A stretch of DNA of 64,000 nucleotides, from contig JBMNIH010000003.1 of assembly GCA_050950825.1 (NCBI GenBank), positions 352,001 to 416,000 on the forward strand. Reading direction: 5' to 3'. The translations under genes and the position numbers were made by a program. The notes below the pieces were generated by a model, which saw nothing but the letters and a program-made list of their open reading frames with translations, ran no database searches and was not told where the DNA came from. Source of the DNA: Clostridia bacterium (GTDB lineage Bacteria; Bacillota; Clostridia; JAAYHZ01). How positions within the stretch are numbered: the stretch's first letter is position 1; each line of letters opens with the position of its first letter. Positions 41,493 to 51,946 of the stretch are shown here, piece after piece.

Positions 41493-42719
41493 TTAAGGTG
41501 CCAGCTTCCCTTTCATGATTTCCACCGCCGCATGGAACTGGAGATCCTCCTGTCGAGGGATGGAAGAGATGGGGCTGTCTTTATACGTTCCTTGAATTTC
41601 CACCTTATGGTCCGGTGTAATGCCTACGTCCTGAACGACATTTCCTTTGGGCGTATAATAGCCTGCTATGGTCACTCGAAGCCCCGAGCCGTCTTTCGTA
41701 GGAATAATCGCTTGAACGACACCTTTACCGTAGGTTTGGGTACCTACAATAGTCGCTCTTCCGTTGTCCTGGAATGCGCCGGCCAATACCTCCGAAGCAC
41801 TGGCACTTCTTTCGTTCACCAATACCACAAGAGGGATGTCGATATGGGCTGCGTTGGACCTTTCATACTCCCGATTGCCGTCTTTATCTTCGGTGTAAAG
41901 AATGATTGCTTCCGGCAAGAACATATCGGCAATGCTCACCACTTGGTCGTAGCTTCCGCCGGGGTTATCCCGTACATCTATAATCAACCCTTTAATGCCC
42001 TTTTTAAGCAGCAAATTAAGCTCGTTATAAAAATCCATGGCAACCATGGTATCAAACATGGTAATTCGAATATACCCTATCAGGTTATCAATAATCTCGG
42101 ATTTTACACTGGGAATATGGACCTTTTTCCTTACCATCTTAAAATCCAAATATTGAAATTCCGAAGGTCTGTAAACGGTAACGACAACCTCCGTACCTTC
42201 TTCTCCTTTAATCAGATTCACTACAAAATCGGCTTCTTCCTCGGTAACGTCGTCGCCGTTGACCTTAACGATCAAATCGCCTTCTTTGATTCCCGCCGCT
42301 TTTGCAGGACCGCCGCCTACCGCTTCAATAACCTCCAAGATGCCGTCTTTGGTTTCGGAAACGATCAGTCCTACACCTACATAGCTGCTGGAGGAATACT
42401 CGCGCAATTGCTTCATTTGCTCTTTGGTATAGTAGATGGTATACGGATCCTTTAATCCTGCCGCTAATCCGGCAATGGCTCCTTCGAACATTTCCCTTTC
42501 ATCGATATCATAGTAAAAGTTTTCCTTAAGCAAGTTCCAAACCTCGGAAAACTTAGCGACATCCGACTTTGTCAATTCGTCTTTATTAAAATATAAAACA
42601 TATTCGTTCCGAGGATTATACAAGCTTCTCGTATACGAATATGTCAGCGCCGAAGAAATCAGTGCCGTCGCAAGAACGAGCACAAGGACGAGTGCCCATC
42701 TGGGTTTATTGTTCAACAT
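41493..42719 (-). CDS. S41 C-terminal processing protease (CtpA/CtpB-like)
   Basis: DPYT, PDZ, DVRDNPGG, SASASE, TYGKG. Confidence 0.93.
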   Translation of the reverse strand: MLNNKPRWALVLVLVLATALISSALTYSYTRSLYNPRNEYVLYFNKDELTKSDVAKFSEVWNLLKENFYYDIDEREMFEGAIAGLAAGLKDPYTIYYTKEQMKQLREYSSSSYVGVGLIVSETKDGILEVIEAVGGGPAKAAGIKEGDLIVKVNGDDVTEEEADFVVNLIKGEEGTEVVVTVYRPSEFQYLDFKMVRKKVHIPSVKSEIIDNLIGYIRITMFDTMVAMDFYNELNLLLKKGIKGLIIDVRDNPGGSYDQVVSIADMFLPEAIILYTEDKDGNREYERSNAAHIDIPLVVLVNERSASASEVLAGAFQDNGRATIVGTQTYGKGVVQAIIPTKDGSGLRVTIAGYYTPKGNVVQDVGITPDHKVEIQGTYKDSPISSIPRQEDLQFHAAVEIMKGKLAP

Positions 42720-42886
42720 TATGCCTCCAAATGCTTTTAATTGATAAATACATTATACGCTATTTTATTGTCAAAAAAAACAGTTCATGCCTAAATTTCG
42801 AACCGGGCACCTTGAAACATAATAAAAATCCCCTGTTCGTTTCGGATACAAGGGATTTTGTCTACCGCAGTTATATAACAATCGAT

Positions 42887-44014
42887 TTATTGCTTCTTGA
42901 AATAGTTCATCGGATCGACAGGATCTCCGTTAATTCGAACTTCAAAATGGAGATGAGGTCCTGTAGCTACACCGGTACTGCCTACAAGAGCGATGGTTTG
43001 CCCTTTTTGAACATATGTACCTTTGCTTACCAGCAATTTGCTGCTATGGCCGTACAAGGTGGAGTATCCGCCGCCGTGGTCGATGATGATATAATACCCG
43101 TATCCGGATCCGTATCCGGAGAAAATTACGGTTCCGCTGTTAGCTGCAACGATAGCGGCTCCGTAGGGACCTCCGATATCCACTCCGGTGTGCATCCTGT
43201 AATCGCCGTATACGGGATGGCGTCTCCATCCGAACTTCGAATGAACGGTGTAGTCCGAAGGCAACGGCCATGTGAATGTTCCTCCCACATATTTGCCGCT
43301 TGTCTGCATGTTCTTGATTTGGGCCGCCAAGTTGCGAGACTCTTGTTCCAGCTGGTCTTCTTGAGAAGACAGCGATCTTATTTGTTCTTGTGCTTTGCTG
43401 ATGTTTTCCAGCAATTCCGCTCTTGTAATTCGTAAATTATCCAAATCCTCTTTGGTTTTATTGATGTCAGCAACCAGTTGGGTATAGTCCCCGTCCAACA
43501 TGGCTCTTTTTATTTCCAACTCTTTTCGAGCGACATCCAATTCCATGATCACTTCATTGTCTTTTTGAGCAATCCATTTATAAAGCTCAAGCTTTTCAAA
43601 AAACTCCGACAGATTTCCGGACTCCGCCAGCAAATCGAATATGGTTTTATTGGAGTTTTCATACATGACTCGCAGTCGTTCAACCGCTTCCTCTTCCCGT
43701 TGCTTCAGGTTTTCTTCCGCTTCGGCTATACTTGCCTGTACCTCGTTGAGATATGCAATGATATTTTGCAAATCTTGAGTCAGTTCATCCAACTGTTTCT
43801 CTTTCTCATCCACGTTGCCCTTTAATTCTTCCGCTTCTCCCAGCAATTCTTGGGCTTTTTGTTGCTGCTGCGCTTTCTGCTGTCGTATGGTTTGGATTCT
43901 GTTGTCTACGTTTGCCTTGCTGTTTTCCAAATCTTTGACAGTGGCACCCAGTGCAGTCATCGTATGTACTATTAAAATTAAGAAGGTAATCACAATCGTA
44001 TATACTTTTTTCAT
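42887..44014 (-). CDS. Coiled-coil M23 peptidase (EnvC-like murein hydrolase/activator)
   Basis: Signal peptide, long coiled coil, HTGVD and TGPHLHFEVR motifs; downstream of ftsEX. Confidence 0.92.
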   Translation of the reverse strand: MKKVYTIVITFLILIVHTMTALGATVKDLENSKANVDNRIQTIRQQKAQQQQKAQELLGEAEELKGNVDEKEKQLDELTQDLQNIIAYLNEVQASIAEAEENLKQREEEAVERLRVMYENSNKTIFDLLAESGNLSEFFEKLELYKWIAQKDNEVIMELDVARKELEIKRAMLDGDYTQLVADINKTKEDLDNLRITRAELLENISKAQEQIRSLSSQEDQLEQESRNLAAQIKNMQTSGKYVGGTFTWPLPSDYTVHSKFGWRRHPVYGDYRMHTGVDIGGPYGAAIVAANSGTVIFSGYGSGYGYYIIIDHGGGYSTLYGHSSKLLVSKGTYVQKGQTIALVGSTGVATGPHLHFEVRINGDPVDPMNYFKKQ

Positions 44015-44028
44015 TTTTATTTCCCTTT

Positions 44029-44925
44029 CTATAATTTTAAGTATTTACTCATCGATACCATACTGCCGAACACACCGATACCCACACCGAAAAAGGTGAA
44101 GATAACCGATAAAACCATGCTTATATCCGAGATCTTAACAAACTTGAACATGTTAAAAAAGGTGCTGCCTTGCGAATAGTAGTAGATCAAAAATTGTTCG
44201 TACAAATACAACACCAAAAATATGGATAAAATCGCTCCAATAACACCCAAAATCATTCCTTCCAAAATAAACGGCCATCGAATGAAATCTTCCGTGGCTC
44301 CTACGTATTTCATAATGGCGATTTCATTCTTTCGAGCCATTACCGTAAGCTTCACCGTGTTGGATATGATGGTGATTGCAATGAAAGAAAGCAAAAGAGA
44401 CAAGGCAACCGTCACCACTTTCATCCAACCGCTAATTTTCGATATGACGCTGACCATCTCTTGAGAATAGTCGGCCTTATATATGCCCGGTATCTCCCTG
44501 GCCTTTCTGCTAATCTCGTCCGAAAAGGAAGCGTCCTCTAAAGACAAAACAAAGGACACGGGAAATATTTCTTCCCCGAACCCTTGCAATAACCGATCAT
44601 CGTTTCCCAACATTTCGACCGCTCTTTGGTAGGCTTCCGCTTTGGTTACTACCGTTACGCCGGTAACCCCCTCTATTCCCCGAATACTTTCATAGGCCGA
44701 GTCGATTTCTTCCTGTGACATATCGGGATCGCAATAGGCTACGATTTCCGGCAAACTCTTCATTTGTTCGCTGTTATAGCGAAGATTCACCACGACAGCT
44801 GCCGATAAACCGGCCAACACCAGCGTGATTAATATCATCATTAACGAAATGCCTGACATGATTTTATTTTTCAAAATGTTACTAAATCCTTCTTTGAAAA
44901 CGATCCATATCATGTTAAGCTTCAT
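44029..44925 (-). CDS. ftsX: Cell division permease-like protein FtsX
   Basis: ISNTVKL..ARKNEIAIMKYVGAT..FIRWPFILEG. Confidence 0.94.
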   Translation of the reverse strand: MKLNMIWIVFKEGFSNILKNKIMSGISLMMILITLVLAGLSAAVVVNLRYNSEQMKSLPEIVAYCDPDMSQEEIDSAYESIRGIEGVTGVTVVTKAEAYQRAVEMLGNDDRLLQGFGEEIFPVSFVLSLEDASFSDEISRKAREIPGIYKADYSQEMVSVISKISGWMKVVTVALSLLLSFIAITIISNTVKLTVMARKNEIAIMKYVGATEDFIRWPFILEGMILGVIGAILSIFLVLYLYEQFLIYYYSQGSTFFNMFKFVKISDISMVLSVIFTFFGVGIGVFGSMVSMSKYLKL

Positions 44926-45601
44926 TTTTGTAAAACCCTCTTAAATCGTCTCGAACGATTCGGCCCTGCGAAAGCTCGATGACTCTTTTGTTCATTTTAT
45001 TCACCATATTCGTATCGTGGGTGGCAACAAGGACGGTAGTTCCACCCTCGTTGATTCTGTCCAATAAATACATAATGTGCTCCGATGTATTCGGGTCCAA
45101 ATTCCCCGTAGGCTCGTCGCAAATTAATAATTGAGGCTTGTTTACAATGGCTCGAGCCAACGCCGCCCTCTGTTGCTCTCCTCCGGACAGCTGCCAAGGG
45201 TAGCAGTCCATTTTATCTTCCAGCCCCACCATTTTCAGCACAACCGGAACCCTCTTTACGATATCCCTTCTGTATGCTCCGATTATCTCCATGGCAAAAG
45301 CCACGTTATCGAATAAAGTCTTCTTTTCCAATAGCCTGAAGTCTTGAAATACCACGCCGGTACTTCTTCTTAAGTAAGGAATCTCGCTTCGAAACATGGA
45401 GGTCACGTCTTTGTTGTTTACAAAAACATCTCCGCTTGTAACCTTGATTTCACGTATCAGTATCTTTATCAGGGTAGACTTACCGGACCCGCTGGGACCG
45501 ATTAAGAAAACGAATTCTCCGGGCTTAACCGTCAACGAAACGTTATCGAGGGCTACCGCGCCGTTCGTATAAATTTTTGTAACATTATGCATCTCTATCA
45601 T
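44915..45601 (-). CDS. ftsE: Cell division ATP-binding protein FtsE
   Basis: GPSGSGKST, VFQDFRLL, LSGGEQQR, DEPTGNLDP. Confidence 0.95.
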   Translation of the reverse strand: MIEMHNVTKIYTNGAVALDNVSLTVKPGEFVFLIGPSGSGKSTLIKILIREIKVTSGDVFVNNKDVTSMFRSEIPYLRRSTGVVFQDFRLLEKKTLFDNVAFAMEIIGAYRRDIVKRVPVVLKMVGLEDKMDCYPWQLSGGEQQRAALARAIVNKPQLLICDEPTGNLDPNTSEHIMYLLDRINEGGTTVLVATHDTNMVNKMNKRVIELSQGRIVRDDLRGFYKNEA

Positions 45602-45789
45602 CTGTAATCTCTATCCCTGACATTCACTTTAATATAGGCTTTATACAAAGCCTTTCTATGTTTTTCTATCTATACCACAAAAAATATATTTGACATAAAA
45701 ATAATTTCAAAAAATTTCAATGGTATCATTATACACATTTTCAACCGCTACATCAATAAAGTTCAGGGGATTGTTACATAAATGTTAAA

Positions 45790-46884
45790 TTAGTCGACTT
45801 TTTTCTGCTTGTCGATATAGGATAAATACTTGGATACCAGCATGGCGATTTTAAAAATCACCGCATCGTTAAAATTCCGTACATCCAAACCGGTGATTTT
45901 CTGTATCTTTTGGATTCGATATATGACGGAATTTCTATGCACGAACAGCATCTCTGCCGTCTTGCTGATATTAAAGTTGCATTCAAACAACCCCTCAATG
46001 GTTTTAAACATTTCTTCGTCAAAGGTTTTGTATGTTTCTCCCGGAAAGACCTCCTCCAAAAAGATTCGGCAGGACTCTTCCGGCAGCTTGTATATCAAGC
46101 GTCCGATCCCTAATTTGTTGTAATCGGCGATCTTTTCTTTTCCTTCGAAAATTCGACCCGTAATGTCCGCCATAACGGCGTTTTGGTAGGACTTTTTCAA
46201 ATCCGTTAAGGAGACGGACTCGGTTCCTATGGCCACTCTCGTATCCGCCATTAATTCCGAACTGACGTTGTCTTTAATCATGTAGGCGATATCCGTTACG
46301 TGTCTATGCTTGCTTGTGGATTTTAACGAGTGGACCAGAATATAGTTGCTTGAATTCACGATAAAAACACTGCTGTTGGACCGGTCCGGAAACATGTTTT
46401 TTAACACGCTTAAACAAGCGCTGTCGTCCGCCCCGGGAACCGAAATGTGAAACACGATACGGCGCATTTCCACAGGGATACGAAGCTCTCGGGCTCGATT
46501 GATGATTTCATGCTCGGAAAGATTCTCCATGATAATGCTTCGAAAAAAAGAAGATCGATCCAATCGTGAAAGACAGAATTGGTAATAATTCAGCACGCTG
46601 ATAGAGAACAGATTCAGAAGCTTTTCCGCCGTTTCCGAAACGGAATAGATATAGGTCAGAACAATGATTTTTCGCCCCGAATAAACCTTGCAAAATGTAA
46701 TACCGCCGACGGTAACCGTTTTATCTGCGTTTTTCAGGATCTCTTTTAAAATGGTATCCGGAAGATTGCTTCCTACCTTGCCGGAATCGGAACAAGCTAA
46801 AACCGTTCCGTCCGGATCCACAACCCCGATTTCATCCTCCACAATTTCCATTACTTCGTGTACTAAGTCCTGATACGATTGCAT
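45790..46884 (-). CDS. CdaR/PucR family transcriptional regulator
   Basis: LGIGRLIY and C-terminal HTH NISKTAEMLFVHRNSVIYRIQKI. Confidence 0.88.
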   Translation of the reverse strand: MQSYQDLVHEVMEIVEDEIGVVDPDGTVLACSDSGKVGSNLPDTILKEILKNADKTVTVGGITFCKVYSGRKIIVLTYIYSVSETAEKLLNLFSISVLNYYQFCLSRLDRSSFFRSIIMENLSEHEIINRARELRIPVEMRRIVFHISVPGADDSACLSVLKNMFPDRSNSSVFIVNSSNYILVHSLKSTSKHRHVTDIAYMIKDNVSSELMADTRVAIGTESVSLTDLKKSYQNAVMADITGRIFEGKEKIADYNKLGIGRLIYKLPEESCRIFLEEVFPGETYKTFDEEMFKTIEGLFECNFNISKTAEMLFVHRNSVIYRIQKIQKITGLDVRNFNDAVIFKIAMLVSKYLSYIDKQKKVD

Positions 46885-47007
46885 ACTAAAACCTTTCGAA
46901 TTTATGATACCGTATATTATATCACATACAACAAAGACACACAAAAGGCATACTCTTGTGTGTCTTTTTTGATAATGAATGAAATTTTTCCTACCTTGTT
47001 CTACATG

Positions 47008-48189
47008 TTATACCGGCAGAACTTTTTCGGTTTTTGCGTCAAAGATGTGCAATCTTATAGGATCGAATACCATCTTGACTTCATCGTCCGGCTTAAACTT
47101 GTTCGAAGGATCGACGCGGGCCGTAAAGTCTACGTCGCTGATCTTCAAGTAAAGCAATGTTTCGGCACCTAACGCTTCTCTAACGTCTACAACGCCTTCC
47201 ACTACCGCATCCGGGAACTGCTGGAAGAAACGAGGATCGTCTTTAATGTTTTCGGGACGAATACCCATGATAACTTCCTTGTCGATATAGCCTAATTCTT
47301 CGATCTTGGATGCTCTTTCAGGCGGCAAATAGATCATGGTCGGCTTCACTAATTTTTGTTCCGCTGCTTGTGCTCTGCTCTGCAGTACGGAGCCTTCCGC
47401 TTCTCCGAAAATTAAGAATACGCCTTTTTCATCTTTGCGAACGCGGGTCTTAACAAAGTTCATGGGAGGGCTTCCGATGAATCCGCCGACGAATACGTTA
47501 ACCGGCTTTTCGTACAGTACTTGAGGGCTGTCTACCTGTTGAATGAATCCGTCTTTCATAACAACGATACGAGTACCCATGGTCATAGCTTCCGTTTGGT
47601 CGTGGGTAACGTAGATGATGGTGGTCTTTAATTTTTGATGCAGACGGGTAATTTCAACACGCATTTGGACTCTCAATTTTGCGTCCAAGTTGGAAAGAGG
47701 TTCGTCCATTAAGAATACTTTCGGTTCACGAACGATGGCACGACCTAAAGCAACACGCTGACGTTGACCACCGGACAGAGCCTTGGGCTTTCTGTCTAAC
47801 AGATGTTCAATTTCAAGAATTCTTGCAGCTTCATAAACCTTCTTCTTTATTTCATGCTTCGGTGTTTTTCTCAATTTCAAACCGAAAGCCATATTGTCGA
47901 ATACAGTCATATGAGGATACAGAGCATAGTTTTGGAAAACCATTGCGATATCTCTATCTTTGGGTTGAACATCATTAATCAGTTTATCCCCTATATAGAT
48001 TTCACCGGCTGTAATTTCTTCAAGACCGGCAATCATTCTCAACGTTGTGGTTTTTCCGCATCCTGACGGTCCTACCAAAATCAAAAATTCTTTGTCGTCG
48101 ATATCGAGATTGAAATCGTTAACGGCCATAACACCGCCGTGTGCGGATTCGTATTTCTTGTAGACGTTTTTTAGCTTAACACTTGCCAT
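47008..48189 (-). CDS. Sugar ABC transporter ATP-binding protein (MsmX/UgpC-type)
   Basis: GPSGCGKTT, VFQNYALYPHM, LSGGQRQR, TOBE-like C-terminus. Confidence 0.94.
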   Translation of the reverse strand: MASVKLKNVYKKYESAHGGVMAVNDFNLDIDDKEFLILVGPSGCGKTTTLRMIAGLEEITAGEIYIGDKLINDVQPKDRDIAMVFQNYALYPHMTVFDNMAFGLKLRKTPKHEIKKKVYEAARILEIEHLLDRKPKALSGGQRQRVALGRAIVREPKVFLMDEPLSNLDAKLRVQMRVEITRLHQKLKTTIIYVTHDQTEAMTMGTRIVVMKDGFIQQVDSPQVLYEKPVNVFVGGFIGSPPMNFVKTRVRKDEKGVFLIFGEAEGSVLQSRAQAAEQKLVKPTMIYLPPERASKIEELGYIDKEVIMGIRPENIKDDPRFFQQFPDAVVEGVVDVREALGAETLLYLKISDVDFTARVDPSNKFKPDDEVKMVFDPIRLHIFDAKTEKVLPV

Positions 48190-48540
48190 TATGTACCTCC
48201 TGTACAAATAAATTAAGATTAGCCTGACTATGACACTATACTACAAATCCATATCAATAACCGGTATAAAACTTAACAAAAAAGGTCACTGTCATTTAGA
48301 TAATATGCATAATATTTTCGTATTTTCATGCAAAACGACCGGTTTGCGCCCGTTTTTACGCAGGTACCGGTTGTTTTTTCACACGGTTTTTACATTCTTT
48401 TTCCACTTCCCTTTTATTCCCTTCCTCATGAAAGCGTACCGATTATGTAGAGTTCATATCCCGCAAATCCGTATTTGCACCCCCTATCCCGTATGATATA
48501 ATATCGATAAATATTGCAAAAGAAGGTATATAAGAAGTTC

Positions 48541-50799
48541 ATGAAAGTACTTCATATCATCGGAGGGGGAGACATTGGCGGGGCGAAGGCCCATGTTCTT
48601 TCTCTGGTAAAAGAATTAGGCAAACAAATCGATGTCAAATTGATCAGCTTACGTCACGGCCCTTTTGCCGACGATGCCCGAAAAATGGGCATCAACGTGC
48701 AGGTGGTAAAGACGGGAAATATTTTCCGTGACCTTCGCATTGTGCAAAAAATCATCGAGGAGGAAGGGTACGAAATCCTTCATTCTCACGGCGCAAAGGC
48801 CAATATGTTTTCCGTTATTCTAAAAAGAAGAACCGGAATAACCACCATTACCACCGTGCATAGCGATTATCGTTTGGACTATTTGCACAGTTTTTGGAAA
48901 CGAATCACTTACGGCACCGTGAATGCCATCGCCCTGCGTCGTATCGATTTTCATATAGGCGTATCCAATCAATTTAAAAAGATGCTGATTGAGCGCAATT
49001 TTGACCCGGAACGCATATACACCGTGTATAACGGGATCGACTTTGATATACCGAAAAAGCATTATGAACGAAAAGACTTAATTGAAAGCTTCCGGTTGCC
49101 TTTAACCGACGACGACATTATTGTGGGAATTGCCGCAAGGTTGGAGCCGGTGAAGGGAATCGACACGTTGATTCAAGCCGCCGCTATCGTGAAAAAGCAA
49201 AATCCTCGGGTAAAAATCCTTATCGGAGGAGACGGGGACCAGCGAAAATACCTTCGTTCGCTTGCGGAATCCTTAAATCTTTCGGATACGGTTTTCTTTT
49301 TAGGCTGGCTGAACGACCCTTACCGGTTGATTGCCGTCGCCGACATCAGCGTTTTGACATCCATCAGCGAAAGCTTTCCCTATTCCATTTTGGAAGGCGT
49401 TCGCTACGAAAAACCCACCGTAAGCTCCGCCGTAGGAGGAATCCCGGATTTAATCGACCACGGAGAAAACGGCTTCTTGTTTACTCCTCGGAATGCGGAG
49501 GAATTGGCACAACATTTGCTGCGCCTTTCGGGGGACGAAGGCTTACGAAAAGAAATGGGGCATAGAATCTATGAAAAGGCCTCGCTTCATTTTTCATTGA
49601 AAAATATGTGCCGCACCCAAATTGACATCTACGAAAAAATACTTCGTTCCGACAAAAAGGCTTTTGTAAATAAAAAGGCAAAGGATTTCGACTGCATTCT
49701 TTTAGGCTACTACGGATACAACAACATCGGTGACGACGCTCTTTTGTCTTCCATATGCAGCAATCTAAAACGCTTAAAACCGGATATCAACATTTTGGCG
49801 TTGTCGAAAAGTCCGTCTCAAACCCAAAAAATCAATCAAATCAACGCCATATACCGCTTTAACATGTTCAAGGTGTTGAAAGCCATGAAAAACACAAAGC
49901 TCTTTGCATACGGAGGCGGTACCCTGATTCAAGACAGCACCAGCACCCGTTCCTTGTTGTACTACTTGGCCTTGATGTATGCCGCCAAAAAAATGAATTT
50001 AAAAACCATGCTTTATGCCAACGGTATCGAACCGATTAACAAGAACATCAACAAGAAGCTTACGGGAAATATATTGAACAACGTGGACATTATTTCCCTT
50101 CGGGAAGAAACTTCTTTGAAAGAGCTGCAAAAACTGAACATCACCAATCCGAAAATCGTGGTAACGGCGGATCCGGCCATTACCTGTTCCGGTATTCCGA
50201 AAAACGAAATACCGAAGATCTTTAAAAGAGAAGGTATTCCTACCGATCAACGATACGCAGGCTTTTCCATTCGCTACTGGAAAGGATACGGTAAGAAGCA
50301 TATCGTCATGATGGCTCGGCTGGCGGACTTCCTGTACGAGAAATACGGCCTTTTGCCGGTATTCATTCCCATGCAGCATAAGTATGTAGACGATTGCAAA
50401 ATCAGCCGTGAAATTATCTCCAAAATGAAAAATCCGGGCTATATCGTAAGCAGCCGTTATTCCGTATCGGAAACCATCGGCATCATATCCGCCATGGATT
50501 TGGTCGTCGGTATGAGGCTCCATTCCCTCATATTTGCGGCAGCTCAAAAGGTCCCCATGATCGGCATCGCCTATGAACCGAAGGTGGATTGGTTCTTAAA
50601 GTACATCGGCTTGGAGGAATACAGCGCAGGTCCGGCTTCTAAAGCCGATATAGATAAGCTGCTTTCCCTCAGCAGCAAAGCTTTGGAAAACAGGCAAAAA
50701 ATCATAGATACATTGGAACAGGTAACACGGCAATTGTACGACAAATGCTTATACAATGCCGAGTTGGCTATCGAGCTTATGGAGGATGATTCTATTTGA
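48541..50799 (+). CDS. csaB: GT4 glycosyltransferase fused to polysaccharide pyruvyltransferase CsaB
   Basis: N-half GT4 (ARLEPVKG, SESFPYSILE); C-half GYYGYNNIGDDA, GGGTLIQDSTSTRSLLYY, GMRLHSLIFA. Confidence 0.88.
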   Translation: MKVLHIIGGGDIGGAKAHVLSLVKELGKQIDVKLISLRHGPFADDARKMGINVQVVKTGNIFRDLRIVQKIIEEEGYEILHSHGAKANMFSVILKRRTGITTITTVHSDYRLDYLHSFWKRITYGTVNAIALRRIDFHIGVSNQFKKMLIERNFDPERIYTVYNGIDFDIPKKHYERKDLIESFRLPLTDDDIIVGIAARLEPVKGIDTLIQAAAIVKKQNPRVKILIGGDGDQRKYLRSLAESLNLSDTVFFLGWLNDPYRLIAVADISVLTSISESFPYSILEGVRYEKPTVSSAVGGIPDLIDHGENGFLFTPRNAEELAQHLLRLSGDEGLRKEMGHRIYEKASLHFSLKNMCRTQIDIYEKILRSDKKAFVNKKAKDFDCILLGYYGYNNIGDDALLSSICSNLKRLKPDINILALSKSPSQTQKINQINAIYRFNMFKVLKAMKNTKLFAYGGGTLIQDSTSTRSLLYYLALMYAAKKMNLKTMLYANGIEPINKNINKKLTGNILNNVDIISLREETSLKELQKLNITNPKIVVTADPAITCSGIPKNEIPKIFKREGIPTDQRYAGFSIRYWKGYGKKHIVMMARLADFLYEKYGLLPVFIPMQHKYVDDCKISREIISKMKNPGYIVSSRYSVSETIGIISAMDLVVGMRLHSLIFAAAQKVPMIGIAYEPKVDWFLKYIGLEEYSAGPASKADIDKLLSLSSKALENRQKIIDTLEQVTRQLYDKCLYNAELAIELMEDDSI

Positions 50800-51524
50800 A
50801 AAAAGACATTTTAGGGCTAAATATTGACGACGTGACCATGGAGGAAGCATTACAAATCGCATTGTCTTTTACCGAATCGGATTCCGCCAAAACCGTTTAT
50901 ACTCCCAATGCGGAAATCGCCATGGCCGCTTTAAGAGACAGCGAGTTTTTGGAAATTTTAAATCGGGGAGATCTGGTTATTCCGGACGGTGCCGGAGTCG
51001 TGCTGGCCTCTAAAATCATCAACAATCCACTAAAGCAAAAGGTAGCCGGTTTCGATTTGGCTTCGGCCATGTTGAAGAATCCCGAATTTTACGACAAAAC
51101 CTTTTTCTTCTTTGGCGCCAAACCGGGCGTAGCGGAAAAAGCCGTCGAAAAAACCAAAGCCGTAAACCCGCATTTGAAAGTAGCGGGAGTGCAGCACGGC
51201 TATTTCAAGGAAGAGGAAACGCAAGAAATCATCGATAGAATAAACCTGCTCAAGCCGGATGTCCTTTTTGTAGGTTTGGGTGCTCCAAGACAGGAAAAGT
51301 GGATTCATGCCCACAAAGATCGGTTAAAGGTGAAGCTGATCATGGGAGTAGGGGGAACCATCGACGGTTTGGCAGGAGAAGTGAAGCGGGCACCGGCATT
51401 TTTCATAGATCACCATCTGGAATGGCTGTACCGATTGATCAAGCAGCCCAAAAGATTCATAAGAATGCTGAACATTCCCGCATTTTTATGGGAAGCGGTA
51501 AAATACCGCGGGAAAACACGATAA
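50796..51524 (+). CDS. WecB/TagA/CpsF family glycosyltransferase
   Basis: TPNAE, IPDGAG, GLGAPRQEKW, GVGG, LEWLYRL. Confidence 0.94.
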   Translation: MKKDILGLNIDDVTMEEALQIALSFTESDSAKTVYTPNAEIAMAALRDSEFLEILNRGDLVIPDGAGVVLASKIINNPLKQKVAGFDLASAMLKNPEFYDKTFFFFGAKPGVAEKAVEKTKAVNPHLKVAGVQHGYFKEEETQEIIDRINLLKPDVLFVGLGAPRQEKWIHAHKDRLKVKLIMGVGGTIDGLAGEVKRAPAFFIDHHLEWLYRLIKQPKRFIRMLNIPAFLWEAVKYRGKTR

Positions 51525-51549
51525 GCATGGAAACGGAAAGGAAAAATAC

Positions 51550-51855
51550 ATGGCAAATACAATCAAAACGAAGATAAGGCAGCCTCTAAAAAAGGATATA
51601 CTTGATGCGATTCGGAACAAGTTTTCCGAACTCTCCGTGGAAGAAGACGGTATATATGCAATCACAAGAGGGTCTTCTTTGCATGATTATCTTCTAAAGC
51701 TTACAAAGGAGACAAACGAGGAGATTATTGCCGAACATTCATCGAGTACGGATCGATATAGTACGATCTATGTAGAAAAATACAAAAACGGCGAAAGCGA
51801 AACCGTGGAAACAAAAACAGCCGATATTACATATCACGACATTTCAGAATCATAA
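51550..51855 (+). CDS. Hypothetical protein
   Basis: 101-aa ORF with AAGGA RBS, followed by a terminator. Confidence 0.6.
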   Translation: MANTIKTKIRQPLKKDILDAIRNKFSELSVEEDGIYAITRGSSLHDYLLKLTKETNEEIIAEHSSSTDRYSTIYVEKYKNGESETVETKTADITYHDISES

Positions 51856-51883
51856 AGAATTTTTATACAAGGTCAAACCGTAA

Positions 51884-51920
51884 AAAAATCGATGCAAGAG
51901 CACGACTTGCATCGATTTTT
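51884..51920. terminator. Bidirectional terminator
   Basis: AAAAATCGATGCAAG / CTTGCATCGATTTTT between convergent genes. Confidence 0.85.
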
Positions 51921-51946
51921 GATTTATCTATTTTATTTTTATCTTC

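Noticed and set aside
41532-43435. Long plus-strand ORFs (307 aa and 264 aa)
   Set aside because: Antisense shadows of the S41 protease and M23 peptidase genes; no motifs recognised.
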